Both the position numbers and the translations under genes were made by a program. The notes under the pieces are model-generated. The model was not told the origin of the DNA and made no database searches. It saw nothing but the letters and a program-made list of their open reading frames with translations. This document shows positions 1 to 29,400 of a stretch of 64,000 nucleotides of DNA, in pieces; the stretch's first letter is position 1; every line of letters starts with the position of its first letter. Origin of the DNA: Podarcis pityusensis (taxonomy: Eukaryota); the NCBI GenBank assembly GCA_964106645.2, contig OZ067043.1. One strand, 5' to 3'.

Positions 1-1368
<1,368 letters not shown>

Positions 1369-2716
1369 CGCGCCCGCGCTGCTGCGGCCGCCCTACTCCC
1401 GAGTCCTGGCGGCGAGAACAACACGCCTCTTCCTCCCCACTTCCGGGTTCATTCCCCAGCTCCCCCGATTGGTGCTTCTGGGATCCACCCACGGCTCCAG
1501 CTGGGCGTGGCCGGGGCAGGACCGGCATTACCGTAATGTGCGCTGTAGCACGTCTCCCGGAAAAGTTAGGAAGGGAGGCGCACAACACACGCGCCGTCGC
1601 TTGTCTGGGGCGGTGGAGAGAGGGCAGAACCAGCACCGCGGAGCAGGGCTCGTAGACGCCCAAGTGTGGGGCAGCAATAACCTCTCTGGTCTATTTTGAG
1701 CATAGACATCCAACAAGTAACTGGCATTAGAACTCCTAATTAAATTAAATACAGTACAGAGAGCATTGCAACAACCCATATAGTTCATGGGAGCTAGACA
1801 AATGCACCAAACCCTTGGGTCAAGGCAGCAATTGTGCATGCAGAAATGAATTAAAAAACAGAAATATGCATTCATTTCCCCACAAGTCCACTGCCCTCAT
1901 GTAGCCCCCGTATTCACAGCCAAGGGGAATGATTAAGAAGCTGGGTTAGTACATCTGCTACTAGTTCTACATCCATAAAATATGTGGTATTTTCCTGTCC
2001 TAGCCGATGAATGCCACTCCCTGTGCTTGGCTGATAAAAACTTTGGACCACCTCCTCCTTGGATACATTGTGCTCTTTGCTTGGAGATAAAAATTACCCT
2101 AACCACAGCACCACATGGGACCAATAGATAAAAATGTGGGAAGGTATCGCCAAAGGCTGCTTTGTCTGTGCCTCACATATTACTCGGGAATCCACAGCTC
2201 AGTCATGATATACATACACTAACAGCAAACACAGTTCTCAGAGATCCAGTCCTTAATGTAACCAAAGGTGCAACATATATGTGCAAGAAGGAAGTATTAG
2301 CAGGCTCGGGGAGACCCCAAGATTGGCAGAAGAACAAGCAAAAACCTCCACAGCAAAATTTGCCATCAGGCTGAGCAGAAGTTTCCAGAAGCCACTTGGC
2401 TTCTTAATCCCATGTGGGTTGTGCATTTGTGTTCACAGATCCTTGTACTGTAGTGTTGCTTAACAACGTTCATCAACACTGGTAAGCCTAAGAAGCAATA
2501 TGACTCCAGATCATCATAGAACATTAATGATGAGGGAGACAGACAAGACAGACGTGAGAAACAGTGTTAGGTCCTTCTGGAAGAGAAGATAAAGAGATGA
2601 AAGTGTTAAGATTGTACCAAGCAGATCTACCACTAGATAACTGGGCAGCTCCAAAGAACAGTGACATCTAAAGAGCACAACTCAGCAACAGAGAACATGT
2701 TTAAATGCGTTAGAGA

Positions 2717-2830
2717 ACCTGGTGGTCTCCAAACTCCCATCAGCCAAGGCTAGTATAGCTAATGATCAGGGATGATGGGAGTTGTGATCCAGACCAGCAA
2801 GGCGAGGCAGGCCGCAGGTCCCCTATCCCT
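2717..2830. mobile_element. Degenerate non-autonomous hAT-type MITE fragment
   Basis: AACTCCCATC...GATGATGGGAGTTGT core shared with the elements at 9675-9802 and ~55610-55710. Confidence 0.5.
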
Positions 2831-3365
2831 AGTTTAAGGCCACTCTTTATATTACTACTAGTGTCAATTTCCTAGCACCTGATCAGAGATCCTTCCGCCT
2901 GTCCTGGTGTTTGTTTTGGAAACGCGAACTTTTATGATATGCCTCATCGCCAGCCATTCACATGAGCCCAGGAACTGAAGTGAAACGCAGTCAGAGATCT
3001 TGCGCGTCGACCTTCCTTGGCCACTTTCCCCTTAGGCCTAAACCTCCCTCGCGGGGTCCGGCGCTTGCCGCCGACCCATTCCCATTGTGCGGTTCCCCTG
3101 GCTTCTTGCATGCTAGGCTTGCTCATTCAGCCGTCCGCCGATAGAGGCTGCTTTACGGTACACCCGGCAGAACCGAGGAGGAAGGAGGGCGAGAGTAGCA
3201 GGAAGCAGCCGCCGCAGCCGCCCTCCTCCCGGTCGCTGCGCTGGGGAAAGACTCGCCGGCTGCCAGAATCGGGACGGGAGGGAAGGGGCAACCGGCGGAG
3301 CTGCTCCTGCGGCGGCGGCTGCTCCCTCTGGGCCAACCCCGCCTCGGCGGCTGCAGGCGGCCAGG

Positions 3366-18967
<15,602 letters not shown>

Positions 18968-19069
18968 GTCTATTTTGAGGCCTTGTTAACCATTTCTTCT
19001 GTGTTACATAGTTCATACATGCAATAATCTCTTACTATTAAGATCCAGAAAGCATGTATGTGTATATAT

Positions 19070-19122
19070 AATAAATTACCAAGTGTGAGGCTTGCAGTTT
19101 ATTGATAAGCAGATACAATAAA
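19070..19122 (+). terminator. Candidate HECTD3 polyadenylation signals
   Basis: AATAAA at 19070-19075 and 19117-19122 (another at 19675-19680); which one is used cannot be determined from sequence. Confidence 0.4.
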
Positions 19123-20206
19123 ATGGACAGCCTGCCCCCTTGGATTTTAGTGAGCCCAAAACAAAAAATGGGAATGGTGAAAAACTCTTCATTTCTGACA
19201 CAAGTTGCCAGCAAGTGGACAATGGCATGTAGGATTCCAGAATTCAATAATTCTGGTTTCTTTCTCAGGAAAGATGTCAAACAAGAGATTCAGACACTTG
19301 CAAAATATATTTGTTGTTAGTTAACATTTTAAAATAGTCTTAATTCTCTTCTGAAACCTGTACCTCTCCTTAGGCTGCAATTCCAAACCCACTTACTTGG
19401 GAGCAAATCCCATTGACCTGAGGTGATGTTTATAAGATTCCTCTGTCAATCTTTCTAGCTGAAGATAAACATGAGGGCCACAGCTTAATTATAAGTTCTA
19501 GAGGAGTATTGGGGTTTTTTGCAGCGAAAACAAGAATCTTACAGCACCTTAATGACTAGCATAAGCTGTCATAGACTACCATCCACTGCATCAGATGTGT
19601 GTAGTGTTATCATGAGCTATAGGTTTAGATGCACATTGTTTGGGGAGGAGGGTTGTAATAAGGAAAGGAAATGCAATAAAGTACAGTGATAATTATGTAC
19701 TTAATACAGTACCGGTAATTTGAAAAACAGTTCTTGATGACATAGACATCCTGGTATTGATATGCCAATTAGCACACATAATGTACTAAAAATCTATTCA
19801 ATCTGGGGGGGGGGGATATATTCAATCCACAAGCAATAGCACCATAAATTCTTAGTACTACATTACACTGTCCCCTCATTACACACCAACACTGTTAATG
19901 ACTTCATCCTCAGGTTACAGTTCAGGATCCTCCTCTTTGTAGTGATTTCCATGCCTGCTTCTGTGCAGAACTACAGTCCAAAGTTTTCAATACTCCCTCC
20001 ACCCACTTTTCTTCTTCCAAGTCTTGTCTCAGCAGTTGCAGTGGTCAGCTCTGGCCACCAGTGGGCATTATGGCACCATAATTAAAAGGAGTGGTCTGAC
20101 CATTTTAATTCTAAGATTGTTTTGTTCAAATTGTTCAGCTATCCTCCTTACCTGTCCAAAGCATATCGGTATGGCACAATGGAGCCCAATATAATCCCAT
20201 GGCCTG

Positions 20207-20351
20207 GCATAGCCAGGATTTTTTTGGGCGAGGGCAGAACTATGTTGGGGGGGGCAGAACCAATGTGATTGATCAGTCAGTTAAGTATTTCTATTGTTTT
20301 ACCTGATGGGGGGCAGCTGCCCCACCTTGCCCCCACTTGGCTACACCCATG
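20207..20351. mobile_element. Short non-autonomous DNA transposon (MITE)
   Basis: Imperfect TIRs GGCATAGCCAGG / TTGGCTACACCC; a related end fragment at ~10078-10112. Confidence 0.45.
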
Positions 20352-21049
20352 AGATAATATAATAACATAAGATGATGCTGAGGTTTAGGAAAAGTCAGCC
20401 CCTCCTCTGCTTCGCTGACTGTGAGGGGCCACACTCCTGCTAATTCCTGCTTCTATTTGATTTTAGGCTTTCTCTGGTACCACCTTCATTAAAGCCTTTC
20501 ACCAAAGCTGTCCCGCTTTGGCTGAGGGAAATAGATCTGTGCTTGGCTAGCTGTTAGAGACAGTTTGCTAAGACAGGCCGAGTTCTGACATTCTGAAAAG
20601 AATTTGAGGGGTGGGGTGGGAATACAGAACCCGGAATATACGTTTTTCTGGGGGATTGCGAAGCACTTTTTGAAGATAAGCTTTCCAAAACAGCAGGGTC
20701 TGCCTGCTCCCAATGCTAAATGGAGACTGTGGCCCTCAAAAGCCATGAGCTTCACTTTACTCAAATAGCAGCAGTTACTAGTATTTATTTCCCAGTAACA
20801 GCAATGGGCTGCGTTTAATAGAAGAGGAGAGACGGAACACTCTGGCAAAATGGCTCCATTCATGGGTCGAGGATGTACTGTCTGTATGTTGGCTGCCTGG
20901 GTGGGCCTCGGAGCTGAAGGCTTTTGTAGCCGCATAATGGGCTTGATTGGTAATTGGGGAGGTGAATTTGGCGTGGGGGGAAGGGACGGTGTCATCTCTG
21001 CAGCTGGGCTTTTTGTCATGCAAAGCGGGGCAGGAAGGGAAGCTTAAAT

Positions 21050-22250
21050 CCCGCGACTTCACAGCACCTCGGAGCTGCTCTTCAATGCTCCTCTCCTCCA
21101 CCCCACCCGCTTTCTCTTATCTCGGCCGGCGTGGTTCTTGCAACCCTCCCAGCCGTTTCCGCCCCTTCCCGGGTTTCCCCACATAAGAGTCATGAGAGCC
21201 TTGGGGAATTTGGGGAGGCGGCGAGCGGGACCGTTGTGCAGTTTTTGCTGCGGGGTTAAGCTCTGTAAATTGGCGAACGCCACCGCCTGCCCTGGCGATG
21301 GCCGCTTTCCTCCCCCGTCTTAGGCCTGCGCACAGCCACTTGCGAATCTGACAGGGAGGAAGAGGGGCTGGTGGAGGTGCCGGCGGGCCCCCTGAGGAGA
21401 GCGACAAGAAACGGGGATTAGCCGGGGATGCCGGGGCTCCCCTGCTGGGCGAGGACGTGTAACTCCCCGACACCCTGCGGCGGGGGATTAATTACAGACC
21501 ACACAGCAGGCCAATGAGGGGCACCGAAAGAGAGCGCCGCCGCGCGCGGAGAGAGGGCCGCGCCCCGGGCTCCAGAGCGCGCCTGCTGGAGAGTCGCGCA
21601 GAAGGGGAACATGCATTTCTGCCCTCCCGACATCGCCATGATGCGTGAGGGAGGAACTGCAGGTGGCTCAACATTTCGCGCCGGTCCCGGGTGGGGATGA
21701 GGCCCCAGGCCACGCGCGTCGAGTAGCAGGGCGAGCGCGCGACTCGCAGGTGCAAAGGAGAGCAAGGGCTCCCGCACCTTCTTTAATAAGTCGTGCAAAA
21801 AAGGGAATTTCAGCCGTTTGCATCGCCAGCTGCTGCACCTGCTGAAATTCTCAGCTCAGCTGTGAAAGGTGTGGCGGAGCCTTGCTCTCCGTTGCACGTG
21901 GCTCGCTCTCTACCCCGTGGTTCGGCAGGGAGCGGTTACTTGACTGAACCTAAACCGCAGGTGAGGACAACCTGCCACCTTTTATGGTAGCCATAAGGAC
22001 GGCACAGCCCCTATAAGCAAGCACGTGACCTAACTATGCGGTGCGGGGGGGTAAGGCGTTGAGCCGCGAGCGGCCTCATAGGTGGAAGCAGCAGAGCGGG
22101 AAGTCGCGGCTGAGGAAGCAAGGCTGAGTCGTGGGTTGGTTAATGGGTCACTCTCGGGGTCTCTTGGGCTGGTTTTCACACAAAAGCTACTTGAGAACAA
22201 GCGCGAGCCGACTTCTTGTGACTGATAGCATTCCCAGCAGGGGGCACTGT
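21050..22250. promoter_or_regulatory. Orphan CpG island (promoter/enhancer-like)
   Basis: CpG-dense with no recognisable coding exon; GACCACACA 21497-21505, CCAAT 21511-21515, GGATTA x2, CACGTG x2, TATAAG 22012-22017. Confidence 0.7.
22234..22248 (+). promoter_or_regulatory. CTCF-binding motif
   Basis: CCAGCAGGGGGCACT is a near-consensus CTCF core. Confidence 0.6.
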
Positions 22251-23097
22251 AGTCTAGCCCATGTGTGAAAGACCCGAGATTGCTTTCAGCCAAGCCAAGG
22301 GCGCTTCCAGACGGATGTTTATTGTGGAATCGGTGCTGTCCCAGCATGATTCCCCCCCCCCCCCCCGTCTCCAAAACATTGCCATCGAGATGACCGCCCG
22401 CACTTTTTCCACATTTAATGTGGCTTTTGTCATGCAGCAGAAAATCTGTTAAGGAACGAAGATGTAACTCTTTATTAGAGTTTTGGTACAGTGAAATACT
22501 GGTGTTGTGCAAAAACTTGGCCTTAAGCAACAAACAAACAAAATAAAAATAGATGCTGCCCACCCTCCCCACTCAAAAGCAGCACCCTCCATATTGCCAG
22601 TTTTGAAGCATGATAGCCAAGGGCTGGTAACATTTGCTCTTTCACTCTTTAAAATTTCCAGTGATTTCTTTTGGAAAAGGTGCATGCACCTAGGTACAGA
22701 AATACTTGTGTGTGAACGCAAAATGGAGAACAGTAGTGGAGGGTGAATGTAGTAACTGAGGAGAGGGCCCAGAAACTCAGCATGGAAGCTTTCCATCAAC
22801 GACCACCGCCTGCTGGTGTGATATGAAAAACATAAGACTGAAAAAACTGAGTGCCAATTGCACATTCAGAAAAAATAGATCTGAACAACCTGATAGTGAC
22901 ATAAATTTGTTGTACTGAAGCACCACAAGACTTGGCCTGTGAGACAGTTGAAAGACGTTTCTTTCTTTTGCCCCACAGGTCCTGTGTGCTTTCATTCTGT
23001 GTTTTCTGTGTAGATTCAGCTTTCTTCAGGGCTGTAGAGGACTATTTTTGCTTTGTAGCCTAAGAGTGCTGTGTAAGGGTTTTTCTTCTCATATGAA

Positions 23098-23438
23098 CTG
23101 ACCCAGACCCTGCAGTCATCATCTGAGGCCCTTCTTCATGTGCTTCCTGCACGAGAGATCTGGAGGGTGGCAACATGAGAATGGGTGTTTTCTGTGGTGG
23201 CTCCCTGCTTGTGGAATGCTCTTCCTAAGGAGACTCACCTGGCCCCTTTGTTACATACGGTATCTTTAGGTGCTAGGCTAAAACATTCCTCTTCTCATGG
23301 GCTAATTAAACAATATATGGCTTTTTAAATGGGGGGGGCTATTGTTTATGTTTTTCACTGTTGTGCGTTTTTGTGCTTTTATATTGTAAGCCACCTGTGA
23401 TTGTCAAATGAAGGGCAGTATGGAAATTTAATAAATAA
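23098..23438 (+). mobile_element. L2-like LINE 3' fragment
   Basis: TTTTCTGTGGTGGCTCCC..TGTGGAATGCTCTTCC..TTGTAAGCCAC..GAAGGGCAGTAT followed by an (AATA)n tail; related copy inverted at 36347-36645. Confidence 0.65.
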
Positions 23439-26400
23439 GCACATTAATTACCATCTCTAACCACTGGCACTGATTTAGTAGGGCACCTAGGGAGGAATGA
23501 GCCAGTGCCTTTAAACTCAGGCCTAGACAAACTGGAAGTAGACCATCACTAATAGCTATTGTCTTCTGACTAGCGTAGCTTGCTCCTTCAAGGCCTTCTC
23601 TGTTGCTCTTTGGGTTAAATGTGCTTGCAAGAGGGCCAAGTGCCCACACACCAGAGTCTGTTCTCTAAACTTTTAACAGCACAGCTAACCTGTTCAGGGC
23701 CAACATGATAGCTCAGCTAATCAGCTTTAAGGGCATGGATTGGACCTCTAATATGTACTATCAAGTGCACTATTCTGGCTTCTTGCAGAAAGGAAAAGAA
23801 AAGCAGAGATGGAGCTCCTGAAGTCTGTCTATCTAAGAGTAACAGAAGCCCAATTCACATTTTAGCCACTGAACATGGAGTACAAAATACATAGTGCAGC
23901 ATTGGTCAGTGATGCACCTGTATATAAAGGGCAAGTGGCAAAAATATGTGACGTTCCCTCAGTATATATTTTTATTAAGAAAAGCAACTTTGAGACGTTG
24001 CTGTTTTGCATGAGGGAGCTGGAGGCAAAGGATGCTTCATACATTTCTTGCTTACTGTCCTATTCTAAATTTACTCCGAGCGTTATAAACATGCCCTTGT
24101 AATAAAAATGAGAAAAGGCAGTGGAGGAATGATTTTATCATGAGAAAACAGCAGGTGAGGAAAGGTTAAGTCACTCATTCCTTTCCCCACTATTTTGCCA
24201 CTGAAAATTGAGCTTTCTAAAGCCATCTTTGTTTAATGTGTTGCTGTAGAGTTCATCAACATGCTGCATGCCACAGGAACACATGCACCACCCACAAAGG
24301 CCTTCCCTGGCACCCTTTCCTTTGTTTCCTCCTCCCACTGTGATGCTTGAAGAATTGTAGCCAATAGAAGTGTGTGTGCTTGGTTGTGGCATGTGCATGC
24401 TGCCCATGAGAAGTTGTTCTGTTTGTAAATGTGCCAATGGGCCGCATTTTATTTGTCCCTAAATGGCCTTTTTCCTGCCCCCTGAAATATACACGGAAGT
24501 GGCTGTCAGGAAAGGAATAGGCTGTGCACTGTTCATAATTAATGCATTGCCTGGGTATTTGTACTCAGGAATGTATAGCCAAAAACGAGAAGTTAAAGAG
24601 AAAATTAACCTAGATAGAGATGGTGCCAAAGAAGAGATAAGATAAACTAGGAAAGAGATGAGGGAAGAAGTTCAGGAAGACTGCAGATGGTGGTAATTAT
24701 GAGTCACTTAATGAGGAGCTCAAGACTAAGCCATAGGCTGCTACTTGTAAATTCTATCAGGTTCTTGCAACATGCAGAATTAATGGCTATAACATAGGGG
24801 GAGAACATGACAAGGAGCAGCTGCTATGTCAAGAAGTGTTGGAACAAGAAGAAAAAGAAAAATCTTGTGGCAGTATCTCATAGAAGAGTTCCAAAAGCGA
24901 AAGTAGAAGTGCAATAGGCTTGAACAAGAAGCTTCTCCTCCCTGGGAAACGTGGTGATATCATGCTGAGAAGCATCTTGCAGGGGGAAAGAAGAGGCAGG
25001 CAGTGGGAGCAGGGCGTTTAACGCTCAGACACAAAGTCTGGATCCATACAAACTGCTGAGTGAACCATATTTTTAATTCCCAGACCACAGTTGTTTTTAA
25101 TGGGCTAGTAGATATGCCTACCTGTTGAGAAGGGAGGGGTTGGAACTAGCAAGATTAAGAGTTCTCTTCCACTGCTCTCCATTATTCTAATCCAGCATTC
25201 TTTCCCCTGGGAGTAACCACTGAATTTTGAACAGAAGTTGCACATTGGTATATTCAAGCATCTGCCTGCCCCCCAGTGCTTTGGTTGCTCCCATAGACAA
25301 TTTCTCTCTGCAAAGAAATGGCAAGATACAAACAATTGTGGGGACACCTAATAGGGCCATCAAGTCTGATGGACTTTTGTGAAGAGGGTGCCCCTTACTG
25401 AGTCTACAATGCTGCCTGTGTGTGTGCAAGCTCTGGTCTCGGTTTGTTTTTCTTTATTCTGCTTGTTGCTCTGCTTGCGGAATCTGCTCAGCTGTGGTCC
25501 TTGTGGCTGCTGACAAGACAACCTCCTAGCCTGCCTGCCCGCCCCCCTTTGGCTGGGCTGCACCATGCCAGCTTCCTGAACACACTGGAAAAATAAACAC
25601 TGCCAGGCAGCTGCAGTACAGCCATTGCTGAAATGGGGTTGGAGGCTCAAGAAATTGATCGTGCCAGGGAGGGCAATACAGGGCTGGGGGGTGTTGTTCC
25701 TGGGCCAGACTCCTTTCCATACTTCTGAACTTACAGTGTCTTACTTCCAGCATAATAAGAGTTGAAAGCAGACACAGGCCCTCTTTCACAAGTTGATCTA
25801 ATTACATAGTCCCTCTCTGCACTTTCCAGAGAAGCAAAGATAATGTTTATCCCACTGGACAATTGCTTCCCACTTCATACACCTGTTTTCTGCTGGTTTG
25901 TGGAAACCTGTGCATATTTATAACATTAATTGAAGTTTATAAAGAATTGAAACTAAGTTGTCACCCCAACCAAGTTAAAAAATCCAGCTCTTACATCAGA
26001 ATCGTCTCCCTCTTCTGCAGAGATTTCACGCTTTTACAGGTTGTTACTGACAACCTAGTATAACAATCCTTTATATTACACACTATCTTTGGCCATGTCA
26101 ACTTCATCTGTTGGGGTCTCCTGCTGCCTTTGTCAGGCTGGTTGCAGAAGCTAATTTTCACAAATTGTACTCGACTACATTTTCTGCATCTGTAAATTGC
26201 ACGAAAAATTACACTAAGTAGAAATGTACATTTGCTTTTAAGTGATCTCTCTTTAGCTTTATTCTGTCTCCTTAGTAATATTCCCGCATCATAAATTCAG
26301 ATCGAAAGTAATTTAGTACCACCTGTGAAAATGTCCAGAGACAACTCTCAAGTCAAGGCACACAGATCTTTTCTTCCTTTTTTTAAAAATAAAGCACAGT

Positions 26401-29400
26401 ATTTGCTGAAGACTGAAAAAAGTAAACTTTGGATGGTTCCCTCTAGCTCCTGCACCAGTACTTTCCGTGCTCTATCAGGCTTTGAAAATACATTTTAAAT
26501 TCTGTGAACAGGTTAGTCAGAATAAAATATGCAAATTATATTAAAATGTTTCCTTTAACTAATTAATCCAAAGCTTGCACTTTCTTGGGGCAGGATTTGA
26601 TCTTTCTGGGAGCAGAAGAACGTCCAGCTATGCATGCATCATCATATATATTAATTATATATAATGTGCATCCTTACTCATGCACACACAAACTCCTGGT
26701 GTTCATCAACACACACTTCTCTGAGATGGAAGTCTAGAGCAAAACAAGACACAATGTCAGAAATCTGTGATGGGATTGCATCCTCATTAAGTTTTACCAA
26801 ATAATAGCCAAAAGGGAGATTCAGACCAGGACAGTGGTGCTGAGGAGAAAGGCGTTTAACCCTTTCCCCCAGCACCATTTCCCAGCTTAAAGCTTCCTCC
26901 CCCAGCTGTTATTTGTCCTGTTAAGAGAAACCTATGCGTACAGCCTGCATCAGTCTAGTAGGTACACTCTTGACTACAAACACAGAGACTCCAAAGCGGG
27001 GACCAAAGAACTGCACACAGGCACCATCAGAAGATAGGTTTATATATAATATATATTTACTTTTAAAAATAAAAACTTCCATTGCAAGGCTAGAGGTCTG
27101 TACAAACTACAAAAATAAATCTTTTTTCTTTTCATATAAATAATTTATATGGCATGACAACATTTCAGGTTAAAAGGTCTCCAGCACACCTGCTACATAC
27201 TCACATGCACACGCGCACACAGATACACACATGCACACACAATGTGTCCCCCTTTCCACCGTTTCCTGTGCTTTGCTGGTCACAGACTTGTTGGCGGGGG
27301 TGCGGGGGGGGGGGGAGGAGAAACACAATTTCTATTGTGAGTTAGCTAGAAGCACTTAGCAGTTTTTTAAGCAGTGGGTGGGTGGAAAGGAGAGTGGGAG
27401 AAGTGGGGCATACATGTCAAATGCTGCTAGGTTCTACCTTTGACAGTGGTTTCTGGTCTAAATAGTTTCGTGGTGAGAAAACAGGACAAATCTAAATTAT
27501 CAGAGGAATCTCTGCCACATGGCAAGTTTCTGTGTGCAGGGAATTCTCTCCAGATCCTAGAAGCAGTTCTTAGTTTTAAATCAACTGAATTAATCCATTT
27601 TAATAGAAGGCCCAACCCTATTGAAGCTGCTAAGGGGGTTCACACAACCAAAATGTGAAAATCTCAGCAGAAACTCCCTTGGCAACATGAAGTGAATAGG
27701 CAATCCGGCATACTTTGGGGGATATAATTACAGCAGTTATTGGGCGAAAGGGAGGGGGAATATAAAGTGCCTGCGGTCGAGAAGGAAGAATGTCACTGAG
27801 GAAGTGGATTCAAAGGTGAATCAGCCCTGCTATCTCACACAAGTAAGCTATGGTGGGTCAGTCTCTGTGCCCAAAAACTAGACACAATTTTATGCCCAAG
27901 TGGGTCAGAATTTCACACAAAGCCCCCAAGGGACAACTCCATGTTGGCAAAGAACAGCTAGAAGACATCTGCACTTCTTATTTATCTCATTCTAAAGACA
28001 AAGTTGTAAAGTGTTATTCCACTACAAATGTCAGTGCCACCGAGAAACTGGCAAACTACTTGTGTATATAATTGCAGTGCAGAAAGATGTTAAGCAACTT
28101 CCTGAAGCCCAAAATCTCCAAACTTCGGGAGTACCTAAAGTTATTTCACTGTCTTAGGTGAAAAATACATTTGGTCCCAAACCTTGTATCTTGTTGAAAG
28201 AAATGTGTGTGTGCTGAAAACTGTGGCACATCCATCAGGTTCCAAAATCACTCAAGAATCCTAGCAAACAGAATATTTTTCCCCAGCTGCCATCTTTTTC
28301 CTTTAGAGTAGGTCAGTAAGAAAGAAAGAAAATAACCTTTTTTTTAAAAAAAAAAAAAAAGCATTGTGTTTCAGGATTTAGGTTGTGAGCTGTTGTTTTG
28401 TGATTGATGCACAGGGCAGAGCTGGCCAGAAAACTGCACTTTGAATTTTGTGCAAAATTCTGATTTGTGTCCTGAACCAGAATGGAAAAACTGAAACATT
28501 TCATAAAGCAATTTTGACTTAGCTATGTGGAAACCAAGCATGTCAGATGGAAATGGAACTGGTCCTTGAGAACCAATCCTGCTGCCAAGCGACAGTTCAT
28601 TTCTTGTTTTTCAGCCAAAGAAGCTGAACCGGAAAGAGATCTTTCAGAAACAGAAAAAGCAACCACAGCACTCATACTTTTGGGCAGGAAATGGAATGTT
28701 TTGCCCAACTCGTCTCTCCCGTTGAACATTTTCTGCTCTGATTACTACATAGGGATGTTTTTAGGTGGGAGAGAATCAAAGGATAATTTTACACATGATT
28801 TTTTTTCCTGCACAGAAATATTTGTGAAGAGATGGGGGGAAAGTTCTGTACACCATCAGTTGTGAAGGTGCAGCACGAATGTTTGTGCTGAAAGTATGCA
28901 GGTCAGGAAGCTAATAATCTCAGTATAGGAAAAACATGTGTTGAAAAACTCAAAACGGTACATTGTCCTTAACAAGGGCAATGAATGGCTGAATTTACCA
29001 CAAGGTCGCCCAGCTTTCTTATTAAAGTAAGCTTAAATTTCCATTTGAAACACTTCCTTCGTAAACCAACACAGTACACATACATTTTTGTACTCAGGCA
29101 GCAGTCTCAGACTACAAACTCACTTGTGAGAAGTACCTCTTAAAACATGGAAGCAGAAAAAACATAAACCCATATAAACTGCTCTTCCAGAAAGCCCTGC
29201 TCTGATCTCCATCCGTGTGGGGTAAATGTCCTGCAGGGCCCAAAAACTTGCCCTGTATGATTCTCATCTTCTGTTAGTCACAAATTATTCCTCACTGATA
29301 CTCTTGGGAAATGATGAAGCTTAAAATGTAACTTCTAAAAGGAAGTACTTATGGGACACTTGTGTGATGGGCTACCTTGGACTGATAAAGAGGCATGCAA

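Noticed and set aside
20489-22572. ORFs of 100-180 aa across the orphan CpG island
   Set aside because: Mostly non-ATG starts, low complexity, no recognisable domain and no spliceable coding chain.
24569-24920. Purine-rich stretch encoding charged, coiled-coil-like peptides
   Set aside because: All frames are interrupted by stops; perhaps a decayed LINE ORF1, but it cannot be assigned.
25740-25800. VKEGLCLLSTL on the minus strand resembles EIF2B3 MKEGLCSRVSTL
   Set aside because: Only a 5-residue core matches, there is an in-frame stop just upstream, and no other EIF2B3 exon remnants are visible; tBLASTn with EIF2B3 would settle it.
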